This document shows positions 1-10,172 of a stretch of 64,000 bases of DNA, piece by piece. Made by a program: the position numbers and the translations under genes. The DNA lies in the IMG/VR virus record IMGVR_UViG_3300023109_003296, positions 25,845 through 89,844 of that record. The stretch is one strand, 5' to 3'. The notes under the pieces were generated by a model. The model saw only the letters and a list, made by a program, of their open reading frames with translations. It ran no database searches and was not told the origin of the DNA. Every line of letters starts with the position of its first letter. Within the stretch, counting starts at the first letter, position 1. Origin of the DNA: a virus.

Positions 1-314
1 AAAATAGATTCATCGTAAACTTTTTCCATTTCTATAAGTGTTGTAGGTTTGTATTCAGCAAGGCTGTCTGGTTCAGAATCTAAAGATTTTAAAGTTTTTT
101 TTAGTTTGTCTGGTTGGCCTTTTAAGGTAAGTTGAACTAGGTGTTTCAATGGTTTATGTCCGCTTTCAGCAACATAGTCAGTCCACACACCTGTATCTTT
201 ATATATCTGTATTGCTGTAGAGTTGTCTCCATCTCTATAAACGGCACTAGTCCTCCAGTGGTTGCCACAGTCAACCAATTTATAGCCAAGCTCTTCTAGG
301 ATTTGTTTATACAT
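1..314 (-). CDS. Probable DNA primase, N-terminal part (runs off the window edge)
   Basis: Manual translation MYKQILEELGYKLVDCGNHWRTSAVYRDGDNSTAIQIYKDTGVWTDY... resembles the N-terminal domain of phage primases. It lies directly downstream of the helicase. Confidence 0.55.
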   Translation of the reverse strand, partial: MYKQILEELGYKLVDCGNHWRTSAVYRDGDNSTAIQIYKDTGVWTDYVAESGHKPLKHLVQLTLKGQPDKLKKTLKSLDSEPDSLAEYKPTTLIEMEKVYDESI

Positions 315-315
315 A

Positions 316-1830
316 TCAGACATTTTCAAAGTTCGGAAGTGCATCTACTGGTGACTCATCTATATCGCCACCTCCTTCTAGAGATCTGGCTATGTCACGA
401 AGATCGCCACGCTCAGTAATATTAAAGTTTTTAAATTCAAGGTTAACAGAATTCTTTCTAAGGGCATCTCCTATTTGGACAGGCTCCAACGCTCCAGCTA
501 CATCTTTACCAAGGTGCCTCGACTTAATGTTAATTAACTTGTGAGTTCCAAACCTACCGCCTTCGACCTCAATTTCATCAGCGGTCTTGTTTCTGAGAAT
601 AAACATGTGAGAACAAAACTGAATGATTCTATCAGATAGGGAAACAATGCTTTCATCATCAACAATGTTTTGGGCGTTTCTGTTGTTAGTGATTCCATAT
701 CTGTTTGATTGGACAGAAGTAATCATTGGTATGATGGGCTCTCCATCGTGAAGAATTTCTTTTTGAACGCACTTCTTGAATTTATCAACCATCTCTCCGA
801 CAATCTGCCATTCGTTCTTGTTGTCAGAAGCTTCGCTTGTGGTCTTAATATAATCAAAAGAAAATATCATAGGGTTTCCTCTGCCAACTTTAGAATAATA
901 AAACCTCTTCAAAGTATTAACCATAGAATCAACATCCATACCTCCGACATTGTAATAATAAAACTCCAAGTTTTTAACCTTCTCCCAAGTCGCCCTAACT
1001 TTAGCAACAACATCTTCTCCAGCTTGCCTCCACTTACCGCTTTCTAATAAGTGAGATGATATGCCAGAAATAGAAGCACACTGCCTCATGATGAGTTCTT
1101 CTTTACTCATCTCTCCATTATCAAAGTGCAAAACAGGGACGTTATATACAGAAGCTACTTGTGTTGCATAGTGCATACAGAACTGAGTTTTACCGACACC
1201 AGATCTAGCCACAACAACAGTAATATTTCCTGGTCTTAAGATGGAGCCATACATATCATTAACCTTTTTATGAGGACCCATCATACCAAATTCTTCAATA
1301 GGATTATTTCCCCTATCTTCGATAATGAACTCCATGTCATCATAAATATTGACAGGTTCATCCTCACCTATCTCGTATAGATTTATTCTAGAATTATAAA
1401 CATGATCCGCTTTCTCTATAATCTCATGATATGTTGTTTCTGGAGAAATAGATTTCATCTGCTTCGCCATGTCTTGAGCGGCTTTATAGATGCCCCTCCT
1501 TACAGATATCTTCTTTAGCTCTCTAGCTGTTTTTAGAAGGTTGCCTTTAGGCACTTTTCGCAACGCCAGAGACTTAATATAATCAGATGGGTTAAGCTTG
1601 TCCTCAAAAGACAAACCTATGCTAGATATTCTTTGAGCAATGATAACCTCATCGATGGCCTCACTAGATTCTATAGCTTGCTTGATTACAGTAAAGATAG
1701 TCTTGTGAAGATTCGATTCCTCCGAATAAAAATCATCATGATCTATAAAGTTTGCTATCTCACAAAAAAGATCTGGCTCTTTTATTAAAGCAGCTAACAG
1801 TTGCTTCTCTAATTCTAAATTATAAATCAT
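316..1830 (-). CDS. dnaB: Replicative DnaB-like (SF4) DNA helicase
   Basis: N-terminal ELEKQLLAALI...DDFY...H; Walker A ARSGVGKT; FDNGEM; FDYIK; VQSNR; C-terminal IKSRH. Confidence 0.92.
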   Translation of the reverse strand: MIYNLELEKQLLAALIKEPDLFCEIANFIDHDDFYSEESNLHKTIFTVIKQAIESSEAIDEVIIAQRISSIGLSFEDKLNPSDYIKSLALRKVPKGNLLKTARELKKISVRRGIYKAAQDMAKQMKSISPETTYHEIIEKADHVYNSRINLYEIGEDEPVNIYDDMEFIIEDRGNNPIEEFGMMGPHKKVNDMYGSILRPGNITVVVARSGVGKTQFCMHYATQVASVYNVPVLHFDNGEMSKEELIMRQCASISGISSHLLESGKWRQAGEDVVAKVRATWEKVKNLEFYYYNVGGMDVDSMVNTLKRFYYSKVGRGNPMIFSFDYIKTTSEASDNKNEWQIVGEMVDKFKKCVQKEILHDGEPIIPMITSVQSNRYGITNNRNAQNIVDDESIVSLSDRIIQFCSHMFILRNKTADEIEVEGGRFGTHKLINIKSRHLGKDVAGALEPVQIGDALRKNSVNLEFKNFNITERGDLRDIARSLEGGGDIDESPVDALPNFENV

Positions 1831-2045
1831 GTTACGTCTTCTAATTTTTGGAGGTAAGATTCAATGGTTTTGATAAGACCCATTTCAATCAGATGGCTTT
1901 CGCACTTGTTGTGTATAATTGGGTATCCTTTTTCATTCGAATAAACCAGAACAAAACCCTTATACTTGTCAGCAGAACCAGTTAGTTCATACAGCTTGTC
2001 TAAGAAGTTTTCTGGTATCGAAAATTCTATATCGTCATTACTCAT
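1827..2045 (-). CDS. Hypothetical protein
   Basis: 72 aa; overlaps both neighbours by ATGA. Confidence 0.7.
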   Translation of the reverse strand: MSNDDIEFSIPENFLDKLYELTGSADKYKGFVLVYSNEKGYPIIHNKCESHLIEMGLIKTIESYLQKLEDVT

Positions 2046-2449
2046 AAATATGTATCTTGGTCATTAAATAAGGATGCATTTATCTCATCCGTAGTATAAA
2101 CCTCTACCAACTTTATATCATTTATTTCACAGAAGTCAAGTTTCTTTTGATCTCTTTTCAATTGATCCAAGTACTTTAACCTGTTCTTGTGAAAGTGTTT
2201 TACAAAACGAACATGCTGATCTCCTTGAACCTCAACTGCAACTTTTTTATTTGCATTATAAAAATCCAAAGATAGTCTCGTACCTACGATTCTGAACTCT
2301 TCAAAAACAATATCATTACACCAATAATCCTTCAAGAAGTCTTTGACTCTATTTTGGAATTTACTTCTGCTCTTGGCTTCCCAATCAATCAAATATTTTT
2401 TAGCTCCTTTTAGGTTTCTAGGCTTACCTAATGGATCTAGAAACTTCAT
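2042..2449 (-). CDS. PD-(D/E)XK / Vsr-like (DUF559-type) endonuclease
   Basis: EEF...LDFY...AVEVQGDQH...RDQKK pattern. Confidence 0.75.
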   Translation of the reverse strand: MKFLDPLGKPRNLKGAKKYLIDWEAKSRSKFQNRVKDFLKDYWCNDIVFEEFRIVGTRLSLDFYNANKKVAVEVQGDQHVRFVKHFHKNRLKYLDQLKRDQKKLDFCEINDIKLVEVYTTDEINASLFNDQDTYL

Positions 2450-3564
2450 GAGAATTCGTTGATTGCTTTTTTAAAGTATTCAACAAGGTAGCTAGATAGC
2501 TTAGGGTCATCTTCCAGGCACTTAAAAACTTTATGTTCTCCTTGTAGTTTTTCTGGGAATTCGAAATCGTTGTCCTTCAACAAATCAGCGAAGTCTTCCG
2601 TTACATTAATCCAAGAACCTTTCTTAGAAAGAAACTCCCAAGCAAATAATAAATCAACTATTTCTTTTTCTATCCAAATAGAATTACCATCAGACCTACC
2701 GTACCTAACTGGGTATGTGATTCTTGAATTAGTTTTCTCGTTAGGAGACTTCTTTACTGTGACATTTGCAAAATGACCCACAGGAGGATTTTTTTGCATG
2801 TCCATTTTTTTGATTGATGGGTTTTCTAAGATTATATCTTTAGTAAACCTTGGTTCAAACTCAATAATCCAGTTAGCAAAATGCAATAAAGCGTTACCTC
2901 CAGTAGCGCTGGTTTGTCTGATTGGAGCTTTTGTGTATGGATCTAATTTAATGTCGGCTCTCACTTGAGAAATAAAGAGTGCCATGTGACCTCTTTTAGC
3001 TAAAGCAATAGACATCTTCTTCATGAACGTAGCTGCGACAACCGCTCCTCCAGCCACCTTAGCTGAGTCTTCGAATCCTTTAGCTTGGTCATTCTTTAGT
3101 AACAAGCCGTCAACAGAATCAAGAACAAAACAATATTTGGTTTTATCTTCATTGTTAATGACAAGTTGCCTCATCAAATCCACAACTGTTTCGTATATAT
3201 TAGACTCAAAAACAAAACAAGTTCCCTCTACCCAATCGTCAGCATTAAAAACGAACTTAATTCCAGAACGCTTTCTCATTTCTGGCGAAAGCCTACCTTC
3301 CGCTTTGAAGTAAACGCCCTTTGAGTTTGGTATAGTAATGAGAAAGTTTTTCATAACCTCCAAAGCCTCTGAAGTTTTACCACCTTCATTCATGCCACAA
3401 AATCTGTGGAGTCCAGGACCAAAGCCACCCCCCAGGTGAAGATCAAATTGAAGAGAGCCGCTTGATACTTTATAATCAATTTCTTCTTCAAAATTATAGT
3501 GGTCTTCTTTGTTATTCTTTAAGAAGTTCTTCAGTAGGTTGCTTGAATTTGTTGTATCACTCAT
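2446..3564 (-). CDS. RecA/UvsX-like recombinase
   Basis: SSGSLQFDLHLGGG; Walker A GMNEGGKT; Walker B VLDSVD; ISQVR; TGGNALLH. Confidence 0.9.
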   Translation of the reverse strand: MSDTTNSSNLLKNFLKNNKEDHYNFEEEIDYKVSSGSLQFDLHLGGGFGPGLHRFCGMNEGGKTSEALEVMKNFLITIPNSKGVYFKAEGRLSPEMRKRSGIKFVFNADDWVEGTCFVFESNIYETVVDLMRQLVINNEDKTKYCFVLDSVDGLLLKNDQAKGFEDSAKVAGGAVVAATFMKKMSIALAKRGHMALFISQVRADIKLDPYTKAPIRQTSATGGNALLHFANWIIEFEPRFTKDIILENPSIKKMDMQKNPPVGHFANVTVKKSPNEKTNSRITYPVRYGRSDGNSIWIEKEIVDLLFAWEFLSKKGSWINVTEDFADLLKDNDFEFPEKLQGEHKVFKCLEDDPKLSSYLVEYFKKAINEFS

Positions 3565-4024
3565 TTAAAAAATCTTTTGTTGTTTTTGTTTCTTTTCTAA
3601 GGTCTCTATCTTCTCCGACCTTTTCACCAATATTGTAATCGTCATACTTGCTTTTGTCAAGCTTGTAATTAAATGCTCTCCATTTTTTATCCATGGTGTC
3701 CTTAAGCTTTAAGCTAAGAAGATAAGCTAATGAGTCTAGTTTTTTCCAAAACGTAACCACATTCATAAATTCGAGAGAGTACCTGTTACATAAATCATTG
3801 AGTAACTTCATCTCTCTGGCATAGAACATACGCTTACTTGTTTGTGGTTGATTAAGCAGTCTAAGAATAATTTTTCTTTTATTTATTTTAGGCTTCGCTG
3901 GGACTTTGCTACGCTGCTTCTTGATTTTAGTTGGTTCCCCAAAATTAAAACCACAATCACAAGCTAATGTTCTAATGCCGACAAAAATATTGCATTCTGG
4001 ACATCGTTTTTTACCCCTAGGCAT
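3557..4024 (-). CDS. Hypothetical basic protein with N-terminal Zn ribbon
   Basis: CPEC-x9-CDC near the N-terminus; Lys/Arg-rich. Confidence 0.65.
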   Translation of the reverse strand: MPRGKKRCPECNIFVGIRTLACDCGFNFGEPTKIKKQRSKVPAKPKINKRKIILRLLNQPQTSKRMFYAREMKLLNDLCNRYSLEFMNVVTFWKKLDSLAYLLSLKLKDTMDKKWRAFNYKLDKSKYDDYNIGEKVGEDRDLRKETKTTKDFLNE

Positions 4025-4033
4025 GAAGAGATC

Positions 4034-5080
4034 TTACGATAGATCTAAATCATTGTCAATCATCTTTTTAACAAGACCATAGAAATCGGTTTTTCTTACC
4101 CAACCCATTTCCTTTTCCGCAAGACTAGGATCGCCAAGAAGCAAGCTAACTTCAGCTGGTCGGTAATATTTAGGGTTGATTGTCACAAGCACTTGATCTC
4201 CGTGCATGTATTTTTGGTCGAGACCTTGACCGTCCCAATGACACTGTTCTGCACCGAATCCAGCAAAGCCAAACGCAGCCTCTACGAACTCACGAATAGT
4301 ATATGTCTCGCCAGATGCTAAAACATATTCTCTCAAATCTTCGTACGAGTTTGCAGGTTGATTTAGCATTAGCCAAATACCAACCACAAAATCCTCTGCA
4401 TCTGACCAATCTCTTTTGGCTTCTAGATTACCAAGCTCAAGAGGTTTAGGTGTTTTTCCGTCTCTGATCTCCTTGACGATTCTGGAAACACCTTTAGTTA
4501 CTTTGCGGGTAAGAAATTCTTCGCCCCTCCTTGTTCCTTCATGATTAAATAACCATCCTTGAACAGCATAAAGATTATAACTCTCTCTCCATACTTTTAC
4601 CAAGTGCCTCGCAGATGCCTTAGAAGCTCCGTATGGGCTTCTTGGGCGCAGTGGGTGAGTCTCGTTCTGGGGAGAGGTTACAACATCCCCAAACTCTTCT
4701 GAGGAGCCAGCATTGTAGTACCTGCACTCTGGACAGTGCTTGCGGATAGCTTCAAGCTGATATAGTACTGCCATGCAATTTGTTTTCATGTGGTTCTCTG
4801 GCATATCCCAGCTAACACCGACAAAAGAATTTGCAGCAAAGTTTATAAAGTAATCAGGCTTTTCTTCTGAGATCACACGATCAACATTTGATTGGTCGGT
4901 TATATCAAGATCAATAAGCTTAAAGCGATCATTGTTCGCTAGGTGTTTAATGTTATCGTGGTTTTTTACTGAAAGTCGACGTACGCCAGCAATAATGTCA
5001 ATGTCGGTGTTCGCCAACAAATAATCAACCATGTGGCTACCATCCTGCCCCGTTACTCCTGTTATGATTGCTTTACTCAT
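4034..5080 (-). CDS. gmd: GDP-mannose 4,6-dehydratase
   Basis: ITGVTGQDG; AANSFV; SSEEFG; PRSPYGASK; LFNHE; LGNLEAKRDW; YYRPAEV. ATG at 5080 preferred over the track's GTG at 5086. Confidence 0.95.
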   Translation of the reverse strand: MSKAIITGVTGQDGSHMVDYLLANTDIDIIAGVRRLSVKNHDNIKHLANNDRFKLIDLDITDQSNVDRVISEEKPDYFINFAANSFVGVSWDMPENHMKTNCMAVLYQLEAIRKHCPECRYYNAGSSEEFGDVVTSPQNETHPLRPRSPYGASKASARHLVKVWRESYNLYAVQGWLFNHEGTRRGEEFLTRKVTKGVSRIVKEIRDGKTPKPLELGNLEAKRDWSDAEDFVVGIWLMLNQPANSYEDLREYVLASGETYTIREFVEAAFGFAGFGAEQCHWDGQGLDQKYMHGDQVLVTINPKYYRPAEVSLLLGDPSLAEKEMGWVRKTDFYGLVKKMIDNDLDLS

Positions 5081-5098
5081 ATACACTATAGTATATAG

Positions 5099-5992
5099 TT
5101 AGTTATTATTTTCAAGCCATCGTTTAAGTTTTAAAGATGGGCCCCAATCTAATAATTTTTTTGCTTTTTTATTGCAAGACAGACTTTCTCTTGGCTCCTG
5201 CCTCTCACTCACAAATGTTTTTTCGCCCCCTATTGCATCTGCTATTTCCTTAACTGAGGTTGCTTGATTTGATCCTATATTTATAGACTCTCCTTTTCCC
5301 ACGTTTTGTGATGTCATGGCCAACATGTTAGCGGAAGCAACATCACCGACATAAATAAAATCCCTAGTTTGATTTCCATCACCGACAATAGTCAGGGGTT
5401 TGTGTTCTTTTTTTTGCTTGAGAAACACACCTACTACAGAACTATAATCACCGCTAACTGGCTGACCTTCTCCAAATACATTAAAGTACCTTAAGTTGAC
5501 AGTTTCTAATCCGTATGCATGACTAAACAACCGACAATATTCTTCACTTATTAATTTTTGTAATCCGTATGGGCTACATGGTTTTTTTTTAGAACCTTCT
5601 TTTGTAGGTAAATTTTTTACATTACCATAAACAGCGGAAGAAGAGCTGTTAACAACCCTTTTGACTCCAGTATCTTTAGCCCATGTCAAGATGTTTAAAG
5701 TTCCGTCTACGTTTTGTTTGTTGTAATTGATAGGATCCTCTATCGACTCTTGAACTTTTGTTAATGCCGCTAAATGAAAAACCCCATCAGAGCCAGACAT
5801 CTCCTGTTTAATTATACGCTCGTACATCGAGTTTGAAATGTCAGCAAAACAAACCTTTGCTTTTTTGTTAATGTTCGCTTTTTTGCCACTTATAAAATTA
5901 TCGATGACAGTAACTGTGTGTCCTTGGTTAATTAGTAGATCAACAAGACGGCAGCCTATGAAGCCAGCTCCTCCTATAACTATATATTTCAT
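5099..5992 (-). CDS. NAD-dependent nucleotide-sugar 4-epimerase (GalE/WbpP-like)
   Basis: GGAGFIG; SSSAVYG; SPYGLQK (YxxxK); LRYFNVFG; GDGNQTRDF. Confidence 0.88.
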   Translation of the reverse strand: MKYIVIGGAGFIGCRLVDLLINQGHTVTVIDNFISGKKANINKKAKVCFADISNSMYERIIKQEMSGSDGVFHLAALTKVQESIEDPINYNKQNVDGTLNILTWAKDTGVKRVVNSSSSAVYGNVKNLPTKEGSKKKPCSPYGLQKLISEEYCRLFSHAYGLETVNLRYFNVFGEGQPVSGDYSSVVGVFLKQKKEHKPLTIVGDGNQTRDFIYVGDVASANMLAMTSQNVGKGESINIGSNQATSVKEIADAIGGEKTFVSERQEPRESLSCNKKAKKLLDWGPSLKLKRWLENNN

Positions 5993-6759
5993 ATTTGAAT
6001 CCAGTCTTTACACTTAATAAAACTGTCGTTAGTGTTATCTCCAAACCATTTTTTAGGACATATTACTATTTTGTTTGGGTTTTTATTTAACCAGGCTCCC
6101 CACCAACTGAAGCTACTGTTAGCTATGATATTGTCAGAACACAGAGACATATAATGTAAGTCCTCTATATTTGTATTACCTTCCATAAAAATAACATTTG
6201 GAATATTTAAGTTTTCCTTGCACCAATCTATATCGTCAGAAAAAACAAATATGTTCCCCTTTGGTTTAATCAACTCTAGCGCTTTTTCGTAATAAGATAT
6301 AGGCTGTAGCGGATGTATATGTTGTAGGCCGACATAGTCCCCACGACGAATATGAATAGAGCAAGAGTTTTCAAAATCAAAATCTTTTGCTTTCGGCCAA
6401 TAGAATAAATCTAATATTTCATCTCTATACTTATTATAATACTCTTCGCACTGCCAATAACCATTGAGATAATAATTATTATCAGCTTTTATTTCTGGCT
6501 TTTTAAAATTAAAGTCGTCAGTTATTATGTGTGCCGACTTCTGACTAAAGAAGTGTAAAATATGTTGGTTCGATATAGGTATATTACCTTTTATTATTTT
6601 TGGCAATTCGTATTCTCTTGCATCAACCGAGTAATTATGATCTTGGTTTTTATAAAAAGAAACGTCAAAGTAAACTTCATTGTTCTTAGACAAAGCATAT
6701 CCATAAGCCCATTGGAAAAGTTGATTGCATAAACCAGCTTGTAATTTAAATATTATCAT
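5989..6759 (-). CDS. Alpha-1,2-fucosyltransferase (GT11)
   Basis: GLCNQLFQ; GYWQ; HIRRGDY; FSDD; IIANSSFSWWGAWL are the GT11 hallmark motifs. Confidence 0.92.
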   Translation of the reverse strand: MIIFKLQAGLCNQLFQWAYGYALSKNNEVYFDVSFYKNQDHNYSVDAREYELPKIIKGNIPISNQHILHFFSQKSAHIITDDFNFKKPEIKADNNYYLNGYWQCEEYYNKYRDEILDLFYWPKAKDFDFENSCSIHIRRGDYVGLQHIHPLQPISYYEKALELIKPKGNIFVFSDDIDWCKENLNIPNVIFMEGNTNIEDLHYMSLCSDNIIANSSFSWWGAWLNKNPNKIVICPKKWFGDNTNDSFIKCKDWIQI

Positions 6760-6774
6760 TAACTATTATTTTAT

Positions 6775-7341
6775 TCATAAAGACCAAGAGCAAACAGTAG
6801 GAAATACTGTAGGCTGTTTTTTGTAATTATACTTCTCGTTATCTATAATATTCCAACCGTAAAGATTCGGGGCAGTATTAAAATCATGAGCAAAAACAAA
6901 TTCAATTCCTTTACTAAAAAAATAATTGACGCTTTCCCCTCTACCGTGGAAACCTTGGTCAACAAAAGCTACATCAATACTAGACAGATCAACAAATGAT
7001 TCTAGTTCTTCGAAGTATTTTTCGAGTGCAGAAGTATCCCTTACTGATCCGTTGCTGGAAAGGAGTTTTTCATCAGATTTGTCAATACCATAATGTTCAA
7101 AGCTTCTAAAATAGCCATGCCAGTTTTCAAAGTTTTTTAAATCTTCTTCGGTTTTTTTGTACCAATAATTATTTTTAGCGGTCTCAAAAGAAAAAACAGA
7201 CTTAAATTCTTCGCATAGTTTTTTTGTCCCTATTCCGCAGCCGAGTTCTATTATGTTTTTGTTTTTTTTGTTTGATATGGTGTCCAATACTGGATACCAG
7301 TTTGTATACATTTCTATTAATGTTTTTTCATCGTAAGTCAT
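6775..7341 (-). CDS. Class I SAM-dependent methyltransferase-like protein
   Basis: IIELGCGIGT motif I; FVD..H; AHD; located inside the glycan cluster. Confidence 0.65.
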   Translation of the reverse strand: MTYDEKTLIEMYTNWYPVLDTISNKKNKNIIELGCGIGTKKLCEEFKSVFSFETAKNNYWYKKTEEDLKNFENWHGYFRSFEHYGIDKSDEKLLSSNGSVRDTSALEKYFEELESFVDLSSIDVAFVDQGFHGRGESVNYFFSKGIEFVFAHDFNTAPNLYGWNIIDNEKYNYKKQPTVFPTVCSWSL

Positions 7342-7343
7342 AA

Positions 7344-8066
7344 CTAAATAAAAGAGGATGTTTGTCTTGGTATTTGATAATTTTTGTTGTTAGGGTTTAT
7401 TATTACCCCTTTATTGAGGTCAAAAATACAATTTATTCCATAACGCTCATTATCTATAGTATCAAAAAGGTATACAATTTCATCTTTTATTTTTAATTTT
7501 TCAAAAGGGCCAATTCCATCCGTACTTTTTGAGTATAGGTATTGATACAAAAATTTAATATACAGCCCTCTGTTATGAGGGTTGTCGTCAGCGGGATTGT
7601 TAACGCAAAATCTAATAAGTTCAAGAAGTATGGGGCTTTTTCTTTTTGCGGCAATTATACCGTTAGCCATAATTTTTTCAACAGTCTTAGTTTGGCCATT
7701 TCTAAAAGTACAGCTAAAACCCTCCGCACCTCTTCCAAAAGAAGTTATAAAATCACCCATAAAAGACAACTCTTTAAACGGCAACAAAACTTCTAAGTCA
7801 ACATCTAAATAAAAACCTCCACGAAGATATAATAGGCAGTATCTCATCAAGTCTGACTTATGACAAAGCCTGGGGAGTTTGTCTATTGTTTGGCATATTA
7901 TGTTCGGGTCTATACCATCAAACTCTTTAAGTATAAGATCTTTACCTTCATCAAAATCAAAAATGTTGTAACTGTATGTTGGGTTCAGGGTTTTTATTCT
8001 GTCTGTTATTAACTCTGGAACTAATTTTTTGTCGTGGTAGATTTGAAATATGTTTTTGGGTATCAT
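7344..8066 (-). CDS. Glycosyltransferase, GT32/OCH1-like (DXD)
   Basis: MIPKNIFQ; KSDLMRYCLLYLRGGFYLDVD. Confidence 0.88.
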   Translation of the reverse strand: MIPKNIFQIYHDKKLVPELITDRIKTLNPTYSYNIFDFDEGKDLILKEFDGIDPNIICQTIDKLPRLCHKSDLMRYCLLYLRGGFYLDVDLEVLLPFKELSFMGDFITSFGRGAEGFSCTFRNGQTKTVEKIMANGIIAAKRKSPILLELIRFCVNNPADDNPHNRGLYIKFLYQYLYSKSTDGIGPFEKLKIKDEIVYLFDTIDNERYGINCIFDLNKGVIINPNNKNYQIPRQTSSFI

Positions 8067-8067
8067 G

Positions 8068-8730
8068 CTAAATGTTTCTTTGTATTTGAGACTTTTCTGA
8101 ATCCATTATAGACTGTGGGACCTTTATTGATATTGAGTTGTCATTTAAATAGTAATTAGCAAATGCAAAATCAATATACTTCGGTTCCCATTTTTTCATA
8201 ATCCTAACCCAATAATCGTAATCCCAACAAAGTCTCATTTCTTCATTGAATTCACCTATTTTTAAATAAACTTCTTTTTTAAAAAAACAAGATGGCTGCG
8301 GAATATAATTAGCTTCCTTCATATCCTTTAGGTTTACTCTTTCTTTGTAATATGTGCCAGTAGCTTTTCCGTTAACATGGTAATTCAACCTTCCAAAGTA
8401 CCACTTTGATTCGTCTAAGTTTTCTATTAATGTAGAAAAAGCATTTTCACAAAAACAATCGTCATGGTGAAAAACACTAATGATGTCTCCTGTTGTATGC
8501 TTGATAGCCTGATTGCAAGCATGACCTAAAGATGAATCTTCGCACGAAATAATCTTTATTTTATTATGATTAAAATCATTTTTTAGTTTGCCTAGCTCTT
8601 CTTCTGTTCCGTTATGTTTTATAACTATTTCCCAGTTATCATAACTTTGATTTTTAATTTTATCAATGCAGTCAAAAAGCTTAGTATGGGAATAATCTTT
8701 TATAGCTATAATTATGCTTATTAAAATCAT
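8068..8730 (-). CDS. Glycosyltransferase family 2
   Basis: ISIII...NQSYDNWEIVI; GDIISVFHHDD; IGEFNE; DYDYW. Confidence 0.88.
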   Translation of the reverse strand: MILISIIIAIKDYSHTKLFDCIDKIKNQSYDNWEIVIKHNGTEEELGKLKNDFNHNKIKIISCEDSSLGHACNQAIKHTTGDIISVFHHDDCFCENAFSTLIENLDESKWYFGRLNYHVNGKATGTYYKERVNLKDMKEANYIPQPSCFFKKEVYLKIGEFNEEMRLCWDYDYWVRIMKKWEPKYIDFAFANYYLNDNSISIKVPQSIMDSEKSQIQRNI

Positions 8731-9410
8731 GACCTTATTTTTGAGTGATTCTTATCTAATGCTATTAGCTTTGCTTTATATGGTGGGCGCAACGATTCAC
8801 CATAACAATAACCTGGATCTAAAACTTTTGTCGGAGGATTATCAATAAAGTATCTATTCATGTGACTTTCGTCATGCCAAATAGCCATGACGTTATTTTC
8901 TTTATCTATGTCTATATTGTCAGAAAGTTTTTTGCACATCTTTAAATATTCGCTAGAAGAACCCCCATTAAAACCACCAGCAAAGTATTGCATTTTTTCA
9001 AATATAGAAACACAAGCTAGTGATTCTGGGTTTGTATCAGGTGTACCTCTCCCACCGCAAAAAGCTGGATGTTGAGTAGCGACTCTTTCAGAAAGTATTT
9101 CATCTCCGACGGCATCACAAAACAGCATGTCAACGTCGCAATAGAAAAGATAATCTTTACCACATAGTTCTTCTTTGTTTCTCTCAAATATTTTATATCT
9201 TCCAAGAGTCATCCAGGGCCACTTTTTGTGATCAGTTTTTATTACATTTATTTTTCTTTTTGAAGCAATCCCCAAATCTTCATTGTCTGTGAATACAAAG
9301 TATTCCACATCAAAACCGCTAAGTAAGAACTCGTCTGCGCTAGTAATAAGATCGCTTAAAAAATCTGTATACTTATTCGTAGCTATAATTAATAAACCTA
9401 CTTTTTTCAT
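8727..9410 (-). CDS. Glycosyltransferase family 6 (ABO-type alpha-1,3-GalNAc/Gal transferase)
   Basis: IATNKY; VFTD; WPWMTLGRY; YCDVD; YFAGGFNGG; WHDESHMNRY; LDKNH match the GT6 ligand-binding regions. Confidence 0.92.
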   Translation of the reverse strand: MKKVGLLIIATNKYTDFLSDLITSADEFLLSGFDVEYFVFTDNEDLGIASKRKINVIKTDHKKWPWMTLGRYKIFERNKEELCGKDYLFYCDVDMLFCDAVGDEILSERVATQHPAFCGGRGTPDTNPESLACVSIFEKMQYFAGGFNGGSSSEYLKMCKKLSDNIDIDKENNVMAIWHDESHMNRYFIDNPPTKVLDPGYCYGESLRPPYKAKLIALDKNHSKIRS

Positions 9411-10159
9411 TTTTCTAAAGAGTTAATTAACATCATAAATTCAAGGCACTTTTTATCACTAATATCTTGAGGATTCTTTTTGTAAGCAAAATCATTTTGA
9501 AAATAATAAGTATGGTCATAATGCCAAACAGTATTGTTTTCATCAAAGCTTATCCTTACGCCAGCCTCTTTCAACTTAACAGAAAAATCAATATCCTCAT
9601 TATAATCAAAGCCGTTCAGTTTACCATAAAAAGGTATTTCGTTACTCCATTCTACTTCATCTAGCAAGGATCTTTTACATACAGAGAAAGCCCCACACTG
9701 ATAAAGCAATGTATGAGGATCTAATGTCTCATCAAAATCATAAGAAACCATCTTATGTCTAGGCAGGTAAATAGCTCTATCATAGTACCGACCTCCATCT
9801 GGTAAAAATATTTTAGTACCAAGAACTTTCCAATCTGGATTTTTGCTATTGTATTCCTCTAGCTTAAACAGCCAATCATTGGGAAAAATAATATCATCAT
9901 CACAATGGACAATAATATCTGCGCTTGTATTTTTTGTGCCTATGTTTTTTCTCGCACCGAGAAACTTATTATACTCGTTGTCTTCTACAAGCTTAACACC
10001 TAGATCTTTAAACTGATCTATATTGTCACCAACAATTACAATTTCGTAATTTTCTTTTACGTTGAAGTTGGCATGTATAGACTTTATACAGAGATTCGTC
10101 TCTCTTGGTCTTTCTCCATTAGAAATAATACAGAATGATACTTTAGGCTTTAGATCCAT
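9407..10159 (-). CDS. Glycosyltransferase family 2
   Basis: VSFCII; YEIVIV; GARKNIG; HCDDD; NEDIDFS. Confidence 0.85.
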   Translation of the reverse strand: MDLKPKVSFCIISNGERPRETNLCIKSIHANFNVKENYEIVIVGDNIDQFKDLGVKLVEDNEYNKFLGARKNIGTKNTSADIIVHCDDDIIFPNDWLFKLEEYNSKNPDWKVLGTKIFLPDGGRYYDRAIYLPRHKMVSYDFDETLDPHTLLYQCGAFSVCKRSLLDEVEWSNEIPFYGKLNGFDYNEDIDFSVKLKEAGVRISFDENNTVWHYDHTYYFQNDFAYKKNPQDISDKKCLEFMMLINSLEK

Positions 10160-10172
10160 AAAGGATCATAAA

